A DNA stretch of 64,000 bases, from the NCBI GenBank assembly GCA_965140445.1, contig OZ223236.1:384001-448000 (forward strand), in the 5' to 3' direction. This document shows, in pieces, positions 29,223-38,006 of this stretch. The stretch comes from Candidatus Ozemobacteraceae bacterium. GTDB taxonomy: Bacteria; Muiribacteriota; Ozemobacteria; Ozemobacterales; Ozemobacteraceae. The position numbers and the translations under genes were made by a program. A model generated the notes under the pieces. The model was not told the DNA's origin and searched no databases. It worked only from the letters and a program-made list of their open reading frames with translations. The number at the start of each line of letters is the position of its first letter. Position 1 is the first letter of the stretch.

Positions 29223-30374
29223 TTATAAACGGTCAGTCAAAAGCATCTGCTCAACGCCGCTAAGATAGAATATGTAAAAACCAGGCTGATCTGCTCCCTG
29301 TGGGAAAGCTGTCCATCGTAACCATGCTTTCATTCTAAGCTTTTTACCCAACCGGTTAGCATTTTGAATTGCAGTATGAACCTTTGCTGGCAAATCCCTG
29401 TCATTATTTATGACTTTAATTTTCAAAAAATCTCTATTGAACATAAGGTAGTCTTTAATGTATTGAAACCAGCTACAACAAGCATAGTCAGCATCAATTA
29501 TCTTTACGGTTAAATCTGAAAGAACGAGAAGATTCGTAGACGGCAATCTATGCATTGAATAATCCAGAACTGCCAGTTCCACTTTTAATTCTTCAAAGTC
29601 CTTATTTACTTCTATTGGATAAGAAACGGACATTATACGATCTAAATTTTTGTCTAATATATCCGCATAAAGCATCAAACCAATAGTTTCATCTTTAATT
29701 TCCAGGTTTCTCAGGTGCATAGTCTGAACTTTTGAGCCAAGCAAAGTATTAAAATCAGCTTCAATCATGCTATACAGGCGGGAAATAACAGAATTGAACT
29801 TTACGAAACGCCCCTCTGGAATTACTTTAAAAAAAGCTATGCTTTGCGAGAATAAAGCAGATTTATGGGACTTATTGAACATAGGTTCAAGTGAATCATG
29901 ATATATCATCATCCACTTTTTACTCTCAGAAAACCTTACCTGCAGCTTAAATCCAGGGTCAGGTCGGTATGCAAACAGAATGCTATAGACCCCTTTCTTT
30001 TCATTTAATGAGATAAGATAGCTTATATGTTGATGGGTTTTACCAATTGTATTAGAAGTTTCATAAAGTTTTACTCCATCCAGTTCAACTGGAAAAGCAC
30101 TAAATGTTGAATATGAATCTGCACTCATTCTTTTATCAGGAACCAGTCCAGATTCTAGTTTTTTTAATACCTCGGGAGTGGGGGCATAAATTGTCTCAGC
30201 AAACAAAAATTCATACGGCAGCAATTGAGGCTGTCGATGAAGGTTGCGAGAAAAATCCTGCTCCAGTTTCAAATTTGCAAAAAACGATCTGTCCAGTTTA
30301 GATTCAACAGCAAAACCAGGTTTTACAAAGATCAAACAGAAAATGGCTAATATTAGAAGCGAAATTTTTCTCAT
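29223..30374 (-). CDS. Secreted hypothetical protein
   Basis: 383-aa ORF with signal peptide and GAGG SD. Confidence 0.65.
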   Translation of the reverse strand: MRKISLLILAIFCLIFVKPGFAVESKLDRSFFANLKLEQDFSRNLHRQPQLLPYEFLFAETIYAPTPEVLKKLESGLVPDKRMSADSYSTFSAFPVELDGVKLYETSNTIGKTHQHISYLISLNEKKGVYSILFAYRPDPGFKLQVRFSESKKWMMIYHDSLEPMFNKSHKSALFSQSIAFFKVIPEGRFVKFNSVISRLYSMIEADFNTLLGSKVQTMHLRNLEIKDETIGLMLYADILDKNLDRIMSVSYPIEVNKDFEELKVELAVLDYSMHRLPSTNLLVLSDLTVKIIDADYACCSWFQYIKDYLMFNRDFLKIKVINNDRDLPAKVHTAIQNANRLGKKLRMKAWLRWTAFPQGADQPGFYIFYLSGVEQMLLTDRL

Positions 30375-30417
30375 TTTAGTGTCCTCACAATTGCAATAAA
30401 TTCATTCAAGCAAAAAA

Positions 30418-31179
30418 CTAATTAACAGGCTTTTCAAGTTTAAAGATAACAGAAAATGGCCTTTTTTGGAGTCCAAGGGATCTTTTTCTTCCTATTTCAC
30501 GAGCCACTTCGCTATTTTCAGCCATTCTTGGTTCGTCAAATTCGCTCACGGTAAAACCAGCCTTTTTGAAAGCCTTCCAGTAGTCTGACAATGGGCGATG
30601 AAACCATAAGAACTCTGATCTAAAATGGTCCCATGGTGGGCTTTCGCAGCTCTTCCGCTCAAAATAGGAAAAAGCCCAGTGATATGAATATTTATTCTTT
30701 TCGACATTGTGTTCTGCCCAGGCCTGCGGGAAACAAGGATGACTAAACACCAATATGGCTTTTCCACCAGGCTTTAAAACTCTAAAAAATGAGCTTACGG
30801 CAGCTTCAAAATCGGGGACATCCATTAAAACATAGTTTGCAATTAACAAATCAAAAGAATTGCTCTCAATAGAACTAAGCTCGGTCGCAGAATCAACTTG
30901 AAAGTGCAAATCAGGATTCTTTTTGGCGGCAATTTTAATCATCTCCGGTGAAACATCTACACCAGTAGTTATGGCACCTTTTTTGGTCAATTTTCTGCAT
31001 AAGTAGCCGTTTCCGCAACCCACGTCCAGAACCTTTAATGATTTCACATCGCCAGCATAATTCCATAGATAAGGGTCTGAATTAGCCCTTCTGTTGATAT
31101 CTCCATCATCCCCAACCTGAATTTCCCAGTCTTCAGCAAGTTTATCCCAGACCTGGGCAACATCAATATCCGTTTTCAT
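30418..31179 (-). CDS. Class I SAM-dependent methyltransferase
   Basis: VLDVGCGNG, GVDVS, SFDLL and VLKPGG motifs. Confidence 0.92.
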   Translation of the reverse strand: MKTDIDVAQVWDKLAEDWEIQVGDDGDINRRANSDPYLWNYAGDVKSLKVLDVGCGNGYLCRKLTKKGAITTGVDVSPEMIKIAAKKNPDLHFQVDSATELSSIESNSFDLLIANYVLMDVPDFEAAVSSFFRVLKPGGKAILVFSHPCFPQAWAEHNVEKNKYSYHWAFSYFERKSCESPPWDHFRSEFLWFHRPLSDYWKAFKKAGFTVSEFDEPRMAENSEVAREIGRKRSLGLQKRPFSVIFKLEKPVN

Positions 31180-31225
31180 CGTCTTCTCCGTTCAAAATTC
31201 TCCGGCCTGATTTTAGGACAAAAAA

Positions 31226-31636
31226 CTAAGTCCACTTTTTAGGTGATAACCTGATTACTATTTCATCGCCTTCCTGGCCATCAATTGTTTCGGCGCAGCA
31301 AAACAACTTTCCGTCAGACTCGAGTCTGTAGGTTACTCTCTGGGGAAAATCGTGTCCTGGGTTTTCAAATACCGCCTGATTTTCAGAATAATCGACTAAC
31401 CTGAACTCTACTTCAGATTGGTCTGCAGGCAAAATGAAAAGACACGGGGAATCATCTTTGCCTGTATACTGTAGACGCATGTATTCATAGGTGATTGTTC
31501 TACCACTTTTTATTGTTCGATTCACAGCAAACATTGAATCGCCCTCTGGGAGCATCCATTGTTCCGTAACTACAAATTCACCTTTTCGAGCTTCCCAGTA
31601 GCCGCTAAGCCAAATAAATTCGAGCAATTTTCCCAT
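31226..31636 (-). CDS. DUF6265-like protein
   Basis: WLSGYW..EQW..VFENPGHDFPQRVTY pattern. Confidence 0.7.
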   Translation of the reverse strand: MGKLLEFIWLSGYWEARKGEFVVTEQWMLPEGDSMFAVNRTIKSGRTITYEYMRLQYTGKDDSPCLFILPADQSEVEFRLVDYSENQAVFENPGHDFPQRVTYRLESDGKLFCCAETIDGQEGDEIVIRLSPKKWT

Positions 31637-31756
31637 TTCTTCCCCTTAATTTTTGCAACCATGCCAATTCCTGCTTCAAGGTAAACACAAAGCTTCTTAT
31701 GATACTTTAAAGACTCTGAAAAAGAATCAATTTTGAAAAAAAAGTTCCGCTTCTAA

Positions 31757-32395
31757 TTAAGCATTTATAACGTATTTAGCCAGACAAATTGCAGCCTGGT
31801 GATCTTGAGGAGCTTTAAGAGCAATATCAAAAAGTTTAAAAGCTTTTTCATCATTAATTTTCAACCACTGAAATGATTTTTTTGATCCCATATACCACTT
31901 ATTCCTAAGCTGGAAATAAATTGGCAATAAATCTACCAGAAGCCATTGCTGTCTGTAGTTTCCTTCAATATCTCTGCGAGTTATTCTTTCGATCATTTTA
32001 TTAACCCATTGGATGCTGTGCTCATTATTTTCAGCAGTTTGTGCGTCCGGACCCTGCTCAAATCGTTGCTTTATCCTGTTCAAGAATTCTTTTCCCCGCC
32101 CCTCAGAATCTACTAAGCATTGGCCATCAAGAAGGCAAAGAAAGTTATCTTTTGCCGGGTCCATATCAGCAAAATTGTAAAGCCATGAATCCAGAAAAAT
32201 TCCATCTATAAGGCGAGCTTCCTTTGATTGAGATGGGCTTTCGCAAAAACACATCAAATCCACATCGCTTTCAGGCTCATAATCACCACGACTTCTTGAG
32301 CCATAAAGAAAGACTATTTCTGGTTGAAACTTTTCTTGCAGATATTCAACAGCACTATTAATGATTTCCTGGTTTTTAATTTTGCTACTATTCAT
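31757..32395 (-). CDS. Minimal-type nucleotidyltransferase with C-terminal helical domain
   Basis: LYGSRSRGD..SDVDL motif; start set at the ATG after GGAGG. Confidence 0.85.
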   Translation of the reverse strand: MNSSKIKNQEIINSAVEYLQEKFQPEIVFLYGSRSRGDYEPESDVDLMCFCESPSQSKEARLIDGIFLDSWLYNFADMDPAKDNFLCLLDGQCLVDSEGRGKEFLNRIKQRFEQGPDAQTAENNEHSIQWVNKMIERITRRDIEGNYRQQWLLVDLLPIYFQLRNKWYMGSKKSFQWLKINDEKAFKLFDIALKAPQDHQAAICLAKYVINA

Positions 32396-32500
32396 GAAGC
32401 CTCCAAAATGGTTTTTATATTTTATCACTATCTGAGAAAGTAAAGATGTTTTTCGAGGTGAAGGCTCATGAATTTAAAGTATTTTCAAGGCCTTGCTTAA

Positions 32501-32645
32501 TTTTTTTTTCTTAGAACTGAAAGTTCTAAGAAAAAAAAAGACCGGGTTCATAAAATGACCCGGACTGAAAAATAAGGAGGCAAACAAATCCATAAACTTT
32601 TTCGACCGAAGATGATGTTTTGTTAACCTTTATTTTTCGGCCTTT
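32501..32645. repeat. Structured non-coding repeat, copy 1 (short form)
   Basis: 18-bp stem with GAA loop, then a CCGGG hairpin, then a long stem; the 60-nt core at 32552-32611 is identical in copies 2 and 3. Confidence 0.9.
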
Positions 32646-32742
32646 GAGCAACAAAAATAAACAAAGTCAAACATTCCAAAGTACAATTGCATTAATATAA
32701 TCATTGGCAAACCAAAACTTTTTTTATTCATTGAGGAAAAAA

Positions 32743-33573
32743 ATGTCATTAAGAAAAATTCAAGTATGTATTATGGTCATAAGTGCACTGATAATAGCTT
32801 CTACAGGCAGCAGTCTCAGGGCTGAGAACGCCTCAGAATCCAAGAAGCTGGAATATTATAGAATCTGGCAGGGCAATTCCCTTCCAAGTTTTAATCAAAA
32901 AGATTTTTTAAACATACTGGCACAAAAATTTGTCCCCGACACAGCGTCAACTACTCCCCAATTTGGAATGCAAACCTATATGGTTATTATTCCTCCTGCA
33001 TCTTATTCAGGACTAATTCCGGCAGAAATGGCTTTGCTACAATATTCAAGTGAAAAAGATTATCAAAAAATGTTCGGAAATCCAGACGGACAGCGATATG
33101 CCAAAAGTCATTGGGAAGTATTTCAGCGAAATGGCAGTAAAAGTCATGTTACCAGGCCTTTCTCTCATAGCAAAGCCGAGTATTTTCCAACCGGATGGGC
33201 ATACGACGTAACCGAAAAACCAATAAATTGGACCAATGGCCACAACCAGATCTTTCTGGGAAAAAGACGCAAAGATACAGCAAAACCCTTTTTTATGGTG
33301 GAATTGCACAAGCATGTAAAAAAAATTAAAGAGGCTTATACAGAAAAGGGACTCAACGGTTATATAGCAGTTATAACGCCGGAATATGAACTCGCTATTC
33401 AAAACTGGGCCAGCAAAGTAAAAATGGAAGAATGCTTAAACTCTGAAGCAGGCAAGCAACTAACCAAAGAAGCTGAACTCTTGCTTGAACCATTAATCTG
33501 GGAAGAACCCAAACCGTTTAAAGGTGATATTGAGCCTGGTAAAGCATATTTTGTGTATCCGGCTGGCAAGTAG
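32743..33573 (+). CDS. Secreted hypothetical protein with two weakly similar halves (EthD/dimeric alpha-beta barrel-like)
   Basis: Signal peptide; GMQTYMVI..EMALLQYSS..NPDGQRY resembles GLNGYIAV..ELAIQNWAS..SEAGKQL. Confidence 0.6.
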   Translation: MSLRKIQVCIMVISALIIASTGSSLRAENASESKKLEYYRIWQGNSLPSFNQKDFLNILAQKFVPDTASTTPQFGMQTYMVIIPPASYSGLIPAEMALLQYSSEKDYQKMFGNPDGQRYAKSHWEVFQRNGSKSHVTRPFSHSKAEYFPTGWAYDVTEKPINWTNGHNQIFLGKRRKDTAKPFFMVELHKHVKKIKEAYTEKGLNGYIAVITPEYELAIQNWASKVKMEECLNSEAGKQLTKEAELLLEPLIWEEPKPFKGDIEPGKAYFVYPAGK

Positions 33574-33576
33574 CTT

Positions 33577-33795
33577 ATTTCTTTTTTTCATCGAACGAAG
33601 TTCGGTGAAAAAAAGAAATCCGGGTTCATAAAATGACCCGGACTGAAAAATAAGGAGGCAAACAAATCCATAAACTTTTTCGACCGAAGTTGATGTTTCG
33701 TTAACCTTTATTTTTCAGCCTTTAACAGGCATTAAGGCACCTGAATAAACAATGGCAAACAAACTTAATCCGAGGTACGTACCAGCGGATGAAAA
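33577..33795. repeat. Structured non-coding repeat, copy 2 (long form)
   Basis: 20-bp stem with GAA loop; identical core at 33630-33689; distal GGTACGTACC palindrome. Fills almost the whole convergent intergenic gap. Confidence 0.9.
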
Positions 33796-33801
33796 CTTTT
33801 T

Positions 33802-34743
33802 TTAATTTTGCTGAAAAATACTTTTTTCTGCCAAAGATTGAGTTGTTTCAGCATCTAAAATCACAGGAAAGTAAATCTCGGAGAAACCCTCAATTGAAAG
33901 TTCCAATTCATTTCCGGATGCGAAGTCTCTAATAATTGTTTTGAATCTTCCACCGCGAAGAGACCTGTAAATCATGGTCTTCCCATCTGCAGAAGTTGAA
34001 GGCTGCCAATCATAAGCTCTGGCGTTGGTTATATTCTGGTAGTCCCACTTTCCATCTGAATCTTTAAACAATTCAAAAATACTGCCAACCTGACCAACCC
34101 TACGCACAAACAAGTATTTTCCTGCTTCTGCATTAGCATAGCTCTGCCAATTCTGGCCGCCACTAACCACTTCAACTTCTTCTCCAGTATTTAGATCCCG
34201 GTGAGTGAGTATAAAGCCGTTCTGAGTAACCCTTGAAAGCATTATTTTGTCTGGTGACAACCAGGCAAGCTGGCCTCCAGATAAACCCTTATATGAAAAC
34301 GGAGTAAATTTTCCATCTGGATACTCAATGATTCCAGTTTCAACAAAACCGTTGCTTAAACCACGAACTGACAGAATCCGGTTGTCCCATGGAGAAGGAA
34401 CTGCCCAGCCAAGGCTTCCGTCGGGGTCTGTCTTTGTCCAAACTGTTTTTAGTGAACTATCAATTGCAACCAGACCATATTTTCCATCAGCCTGCTCTCT
34501 CGAAGCCACCACCAGTTTGTTTCTGGCCCACCACTGGGCGTTGCCTTCCTTAACCGGGGTTCTGGTTAAGGGATATATCTTTCCGGAGTTGCCATCTGGA
34601 ACCCACAAATAAATGTCCGAAGTCTCATTCTGAACTCCAACAAAAAGAACTCCTGCTGGCATTTCCTGTGAAAACGAAGCTAATGAAGCAAAACAAAAAA
34701 GAAAACATATAAATAAAACGCTTTTGCGCAAAATAAACCTCAC
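33802..34743 (-). CDS. Secreted TolB-like beta-propeller protein
   Basis: Signal peptide; PD40-like repeats (DIYLW..LTRTP.KEGNAQW; NITNARAYDWQPSTSADGKTMIYRS). Confidence 0.7.
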   Translation of the reverse strand: MRFILRKSVLFICFLFCFASLASFSQEMPAGVLFVGVQNETSDIYLWVPDGNSGKIYPLTRTPVKEGNAQWWARNKLVVASREQADGKYGLVAIDSSLKTVWTKTDPDGSLGWAVPSPWDNRILSVRGLSNGFVETGIIEYPDGKFTPFSYKGLSGGQLAWLSPDKIMLSRVTQNGFILTHRDLNTGEEVEVVSGGQNWQSYANAEAGKYLFVRRVGQVGSIFELFKDSDGKWDYQNITNARAYDWQPSTSADGKTMIYRSLRGGRFKTIIRDFASGNELELSIEGFSEIYFPVILDAETTQSLAEKSIFQQN

Positions 34744-34887
34744 AAGACTACAAATTATTAACTAACTGCAATTTAACCCTTTTTTAAAATCTGAGCAAGT
34801 CAGCCAGAAAGTTGAAGAACGAGTATAAACTCGGTTAGAATTGATTATATAAAAGAACAACAACCAAAGTTAGAAGAGGAAAAAATC

Positions 34888-35214
34888 TTGTCAGAAATTT
34901 CCAGTAAAATAAAAAAAGCGCTCCAGGAAACCCCGGTACAAATGATTATCGGAGCCTTTTCCACCGGGCAGGGTCTAATCTTTTTAATCCTGATTCTGGA
35001 GTTAATCCCAAAATTTATTCGCGTTCAAGAATACCCCCGCCAAACGGTTCTTATCTGGATTTTCATTAATATGTTTTTCGGCTTTCTCGCCCTGCTGCCA
35101 ACCGCCGAAATAGCCATGAACCGCGCCAAAATGACCTCCCGCATCCGATTACGCATGTTGTTACCAGCATTGGTTTCCTGTGCCTACCTGATATTTATTG
35201 CGGTTTTGCGCTAG
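34888..35214 (+). CDS. Small hypothetical membrane protein (about 3 TM)
   Basis: GAGG SD before the TTG start; three hydrophobic segments. Confidence 0.6.
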   Translation: MSEISSKIKKALQETPVQMIIGAFSTGQGLIFLILILELIPKFIRVQEYPRQTVLIWIFINMFFGFLALLPTAEIAMNRAKMTSRIRLRMLLPALVSCAYLIFIAVLR

Positions 35215-35247
35215 CTTAGTTAGCTAAGAACTTTTTAATAGAACCAC

Positions 35248-36147
35248 TTACGACTGATTTTGTTTAACCAGCCTGGCAATCATATCGTGAAAGTCTTCCG
35301 GGTTTTCTTTTTTATTCATAAAAAATGTAATCTCATCAACGCACTTAGTAACATTTGAGACAATCTCCGAACCTGAAAACCTGAACACAGTAAATCCATT
35401 AGTCTGTAAGGATCTATCTTGCTGCTTATCCATAATTATGCGCTCAGGAGATTTATGAAACTCTGTTCCATCGCAGTAAATCAATAAATCGGCCTTCCTG
35501 ATCACAAAATCAGGAACTGAAAACTTCCTGTCTTCCAGAATTATTTCTACCTGTTCTTCAAAAACAATCTTTCGCCGCTCCAGTTCTTCTTTAAAAATCT
35601 TTTCAATTGGGGAAGCTTGCGCAGCTTTGTGAGGAAGATTATACCTCTCATGGTGTTTTTTCTTTCTTAGCTTTACCCCCACATCGGTTCCACCAGTACT
35701 ATTTATAGTTACAGCCCCAATATCGCACATCATAGATGGGTCTGAAAAATACTTTTTCAAAAATAAGTAAAGAGCATCATCAATTTTGTTTGAAATACTT
35801 TCTATAAATAAATGCAAAATATTCTTTCGGTGATATCCAATCTTGACCAGGCCTGACCAATCCATGTCAGACTCGACGTTTACATTAGTTGGACGTCTGT
35901 AGGCGTAGCTTGTCATACCAGTTTTTTCTATAACTTGAATATAACTAATTCTAATCTTTGAAATTCGATGTAGTTCCGCGTCTATTTCAGCATAGCCTTT
36001 AGGGTTCTGAAACTCTTTTTTTGGTGGCACATTTATGAAGCCAATATGGTTTTCCGTTTCACAAACAATTTGAAACTTTGGAAACGCTTCATAATAATTG
36101 TTAAAACAATCGTCTTCTCGCCAATAATTGTTATATCGCCGTCCCAT
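35248..36147 (-). CDS. Protein with C-terminal DUF559/Vsr-like endonuclease domain
   Basis: SPIE..EQVEI..PDFVI..IYCDGTEFH..DKQQDRSLQTNGFTVFRFSGSEI. Confidence 0.8.
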   Translation of the reverse strand: MGRRYNNYWREDDCFNNYYEAFPKFQIVCETENHIGFINVPPKKEFQNPKGYAEIDAELHRISKIRISYIQVIEKTGMTSYAYRRPTNVNVESDMDWSGLVKIGYHRKNILHLFIESISNKIDDALYLFLKKYFSDPSMMCDIGAVTINSTGGTDVGVKLRKKKHHERYNLPHKAAQASPIEKIFKEELERRKIVFEEQVEIILEDRKFSVPDFVIRKADLLIYCDGTEFHKSPERIIMDKQQDRSLQTNGFTVFRFSGSEIVSNVTKCVDEITFFMNKKENPEDFHDMIARLVKQNQS

Positions 36148-36337
36148 TGTCCTCTCCGTTGCAATTTTTTATTGGTGTTTTTTAAAATTCTCCGATTGAT
36201 CCTTAACTTGCTGCAATTAATTAAAGATACCCGCTCCCCAGCGCAGTTCCCAAATCAGGTTTTAACGTATATCTTTCTCTTATCTCTCAGAACCGAAATA
36301 GATGATACTCCCGGATTTTTCCACAGAAAATTAGCTT

Positions 36338-36781
36338 TTATCTATTTTTTAAGCACTCTATGTCCAATAAGTCTTTGGGGCGACCAGTAGCCTTTTTATT
36401 CTTAATTAAATTTGCCACTGAAATCACAGGAATCTCTATACCACTAATGTTTATAGTTAAATGATCATTTTTGGCATCATCAAACTCGACACCATCAATT
36501 GAAGTTAAAAAATCTATTCTTCGTGGTGCAACACCTATTTGGAAAACAATATCCGGATCGGTAAAATCAGAGCTGGTAATATCGGAGGTCGGAGCGCCAA
36601 ATCTTTTTAAAGCCTTAATAAGCTTTTCAGAATTTTTTGTTTCAGTTTTTACCCAGATATCAATGTCGCCTGTGGCCCTTGGTATACCATGAGCCGCTAA
36701 AGCATACGCATCAACAACAATAAAATCAACTTCTTCTTCTAACAAGATTTGTAACATTTCTCTGTAATCGTTGTTGAGCAA
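36338..36781 (-). CDS. Nucleotidyltransferase (DUF6036-like)
   Basis: AYALAAHG.PRATGDIDIWV..LIKNKKATGRPKDLLDIE; TTG start after AAAGGAG. Confidence 0.8.
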   Translation of the reverse strand: MLNNDYREMLQILLEEEVDFIVVDAYALAAHGIPRATGDIDIWVKTETKNSEKLIKALKRFGAPTSDITSSDFTDPDIVFQIGVAPRRIDFLTSIDGVEFDDAKNDHLTINISGIEIPVISVANLIKNKKATGRPKDLLDIECLKNR

Positions 36782-36917
36782 TTTTGTCTCCTTTAAAAGC
36801 CCAGGCATCAAGTGTTATAGGCCAAACCATGGCAAAAAGCTCAGATGGAGGGGCATTTATAAATTCCCCATCTGCTTTTGAATTTCTTTTAACTTTTTTA
36901 ATAATCAATCTCTGCAT
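36726..36917 (-). CDS. Small protein overlapping the start of the nucleotidyltransferase gene (possible partner)
   Basis: 63-aa ORF with AAGG SD; contains AMVWPITLDAWAFKG..QRLQR; overlaps the downstream gene by 56 nt. Confidence 0.6.
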   Translation of the reverse strand: MQRLIIKKVKRNSKADGEFINAPPSELFAMVWPITLDAWAFKGDKIAQQRLQRNVTNLVRRRS

Positions 36918-36990
36918 GAAATTACCTTAAAATCTTTGTCTACCTATTAATGATAGCACTTTACAGAGTAATTTAAAATTGGATTTGTCC

Positions 36991-37211
36991 CTTTTTTTTT
37001 CTCTTCAAACGAAGTTTGAAGAGAAAAAAAAAGACCGGGCTCATAAAAATGACCCGGACTGAAAAATAAGGAGGCAAACAAATCCATAAACTTTTTCGAC
37101 CGAAGATGATGTTTTGTTAACCTTTATTTTTCGGGCTTTAACGGACATTGGCCAACATAAACAGACGATGACAAACAAACTTAATCTGGGGTACGTACCA
37201 GCGGATAAAAA
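36991..37211. repeat. Structured non-coding repeat, copy 3 (long form)
   Basis: Perfect 20-bp stem with GAA loop; identical core at 37046-37105; distal GGTACGTACC palindrome at 37190-37199. Confidence 0.9.
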
Positions 37212-37436
37212 TTATTTTTCTGAAGTTTCAAAATCCTTTAAATAATCCGTTCGTAAATTAGATAAAATAGACTCTAACAAGCAATCTGGATGATGTTTCG
37301 GAGACAGTATATTCATAGCAATATTCAAATTTCATCCTTCTGCGGGAATTACTAAGACTGAGAATCGCACCCAAAAAAGCAAATCATGTAATTTAACGAG
37401 ATTCGGTTTCTTTCAGAAAAGACTAAAACCAAGCTA

Positions 37437-37465
37437 TTAACAAAATTCCCGATAATTGTTATGAT
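37437..37465 (+). promoter_or_regulatory. Putative sigma70 promoter
   Basis: TTAACA-17 nt-TATGAT with extended TG, about 40 nt upstream of 37507. Confidence 0.45.
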
Positions 37466-37506
37466 TAACAAATAGACTTAGAGTACAGACTCAGGGGAGA
37501 AGGTAG

Positions 37507-38001
37507 ATGAGAATCGTCTCGATGATATTTATTGGAGCTTTGTTATCAGCATTTAACCTGATGGCGATCCCTGCTGTTAATGCAGACCAGACCGCCTATG
37601 TGCTCCCGGCGAACATAAGCATGAAATTAAAGCCTTCATTGGACAAAAAGCTTATGGCAACCATTACCCCTGAAACCGGTATTCCATCAAATCTGAAAAT
37701 TCGTTTTACAAGTTCTGATGGCATAAAGGTCATTACTCCAAAATTCAAAATGGAGCGACTTAATAAAGCGATGAGTTTTCAGGTTGAGTTTGAAAAAACT
37801 CAAATTCAGGAAGAAAAAAGCTGGATCAAGATGCTGGTCGAATATGAACCGGATTTTCTGGCCCTGCTGAAGAAATCAAATAACAAAATAAACTTCCCGG
37901 ATCAAGACGAAAGAAAACGTCTGGTTGATAGGGTTAAAGAAGTAATGATCAATGCTAAAGAGTTTACCGAAGGTACTTTTTACAGGTTTCCCAAGGAGTA
38001 G
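37507..38001 (+). CDS. Secreted hypothetical protein
   Basis: Signal peptide; lies 5 nt upstream of the peptidase gene. Confidence 0.65.
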   Translation: MRIVSMIFIGALLSAFNLMAIPAVNADQTAYVLPANISMKLKPSLDKKLMATITPETGIPSNLKIRFTSSDGIKVITPKFKMERLNKAMSFQVEFEKTQIQEEKSWIKMLVEYEPDFLALLKKSNNKINFPDQDERKRLVDRVKEVMINAKEFTEGTFYRFPKE

Positions 38002-38006
38002 AGAAC

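Noticed and set aside
31654..31667. Sigma54 promoter-like TTGGCATGGTTGCA on the minus strand
   Set aside because: The GG-to-GC spacing is 3 nt too short for a -24/-12 promoter.
32474..32593. Small minus-strand ORF in the repeat (MDLFASLFFSPGHF...), considered as a type I toxin peptide
   Set aside because: It has no SD, and a 1-nt insertion in copy 3 shifts the frame, so the C-termini are unrelated between copies.
32575..32630. c-di-GMP-I riboswitch suggested by GGCAAAC in the repeat
   Set aside because: The GNRA-capped P2 and the GACGCAAAG motif are absent, and the position relative to genes is inconsistent between copies.
32501..37211. CRISPR array or integron attC array interpretation of the three repeats
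   Set aside because: Units are 145-220 nt and are separated by whole genes in both orientations. There are no cas or integrase genes, and I saw no RYYYAAC/GTTRRRY-bounded cassette pattern.
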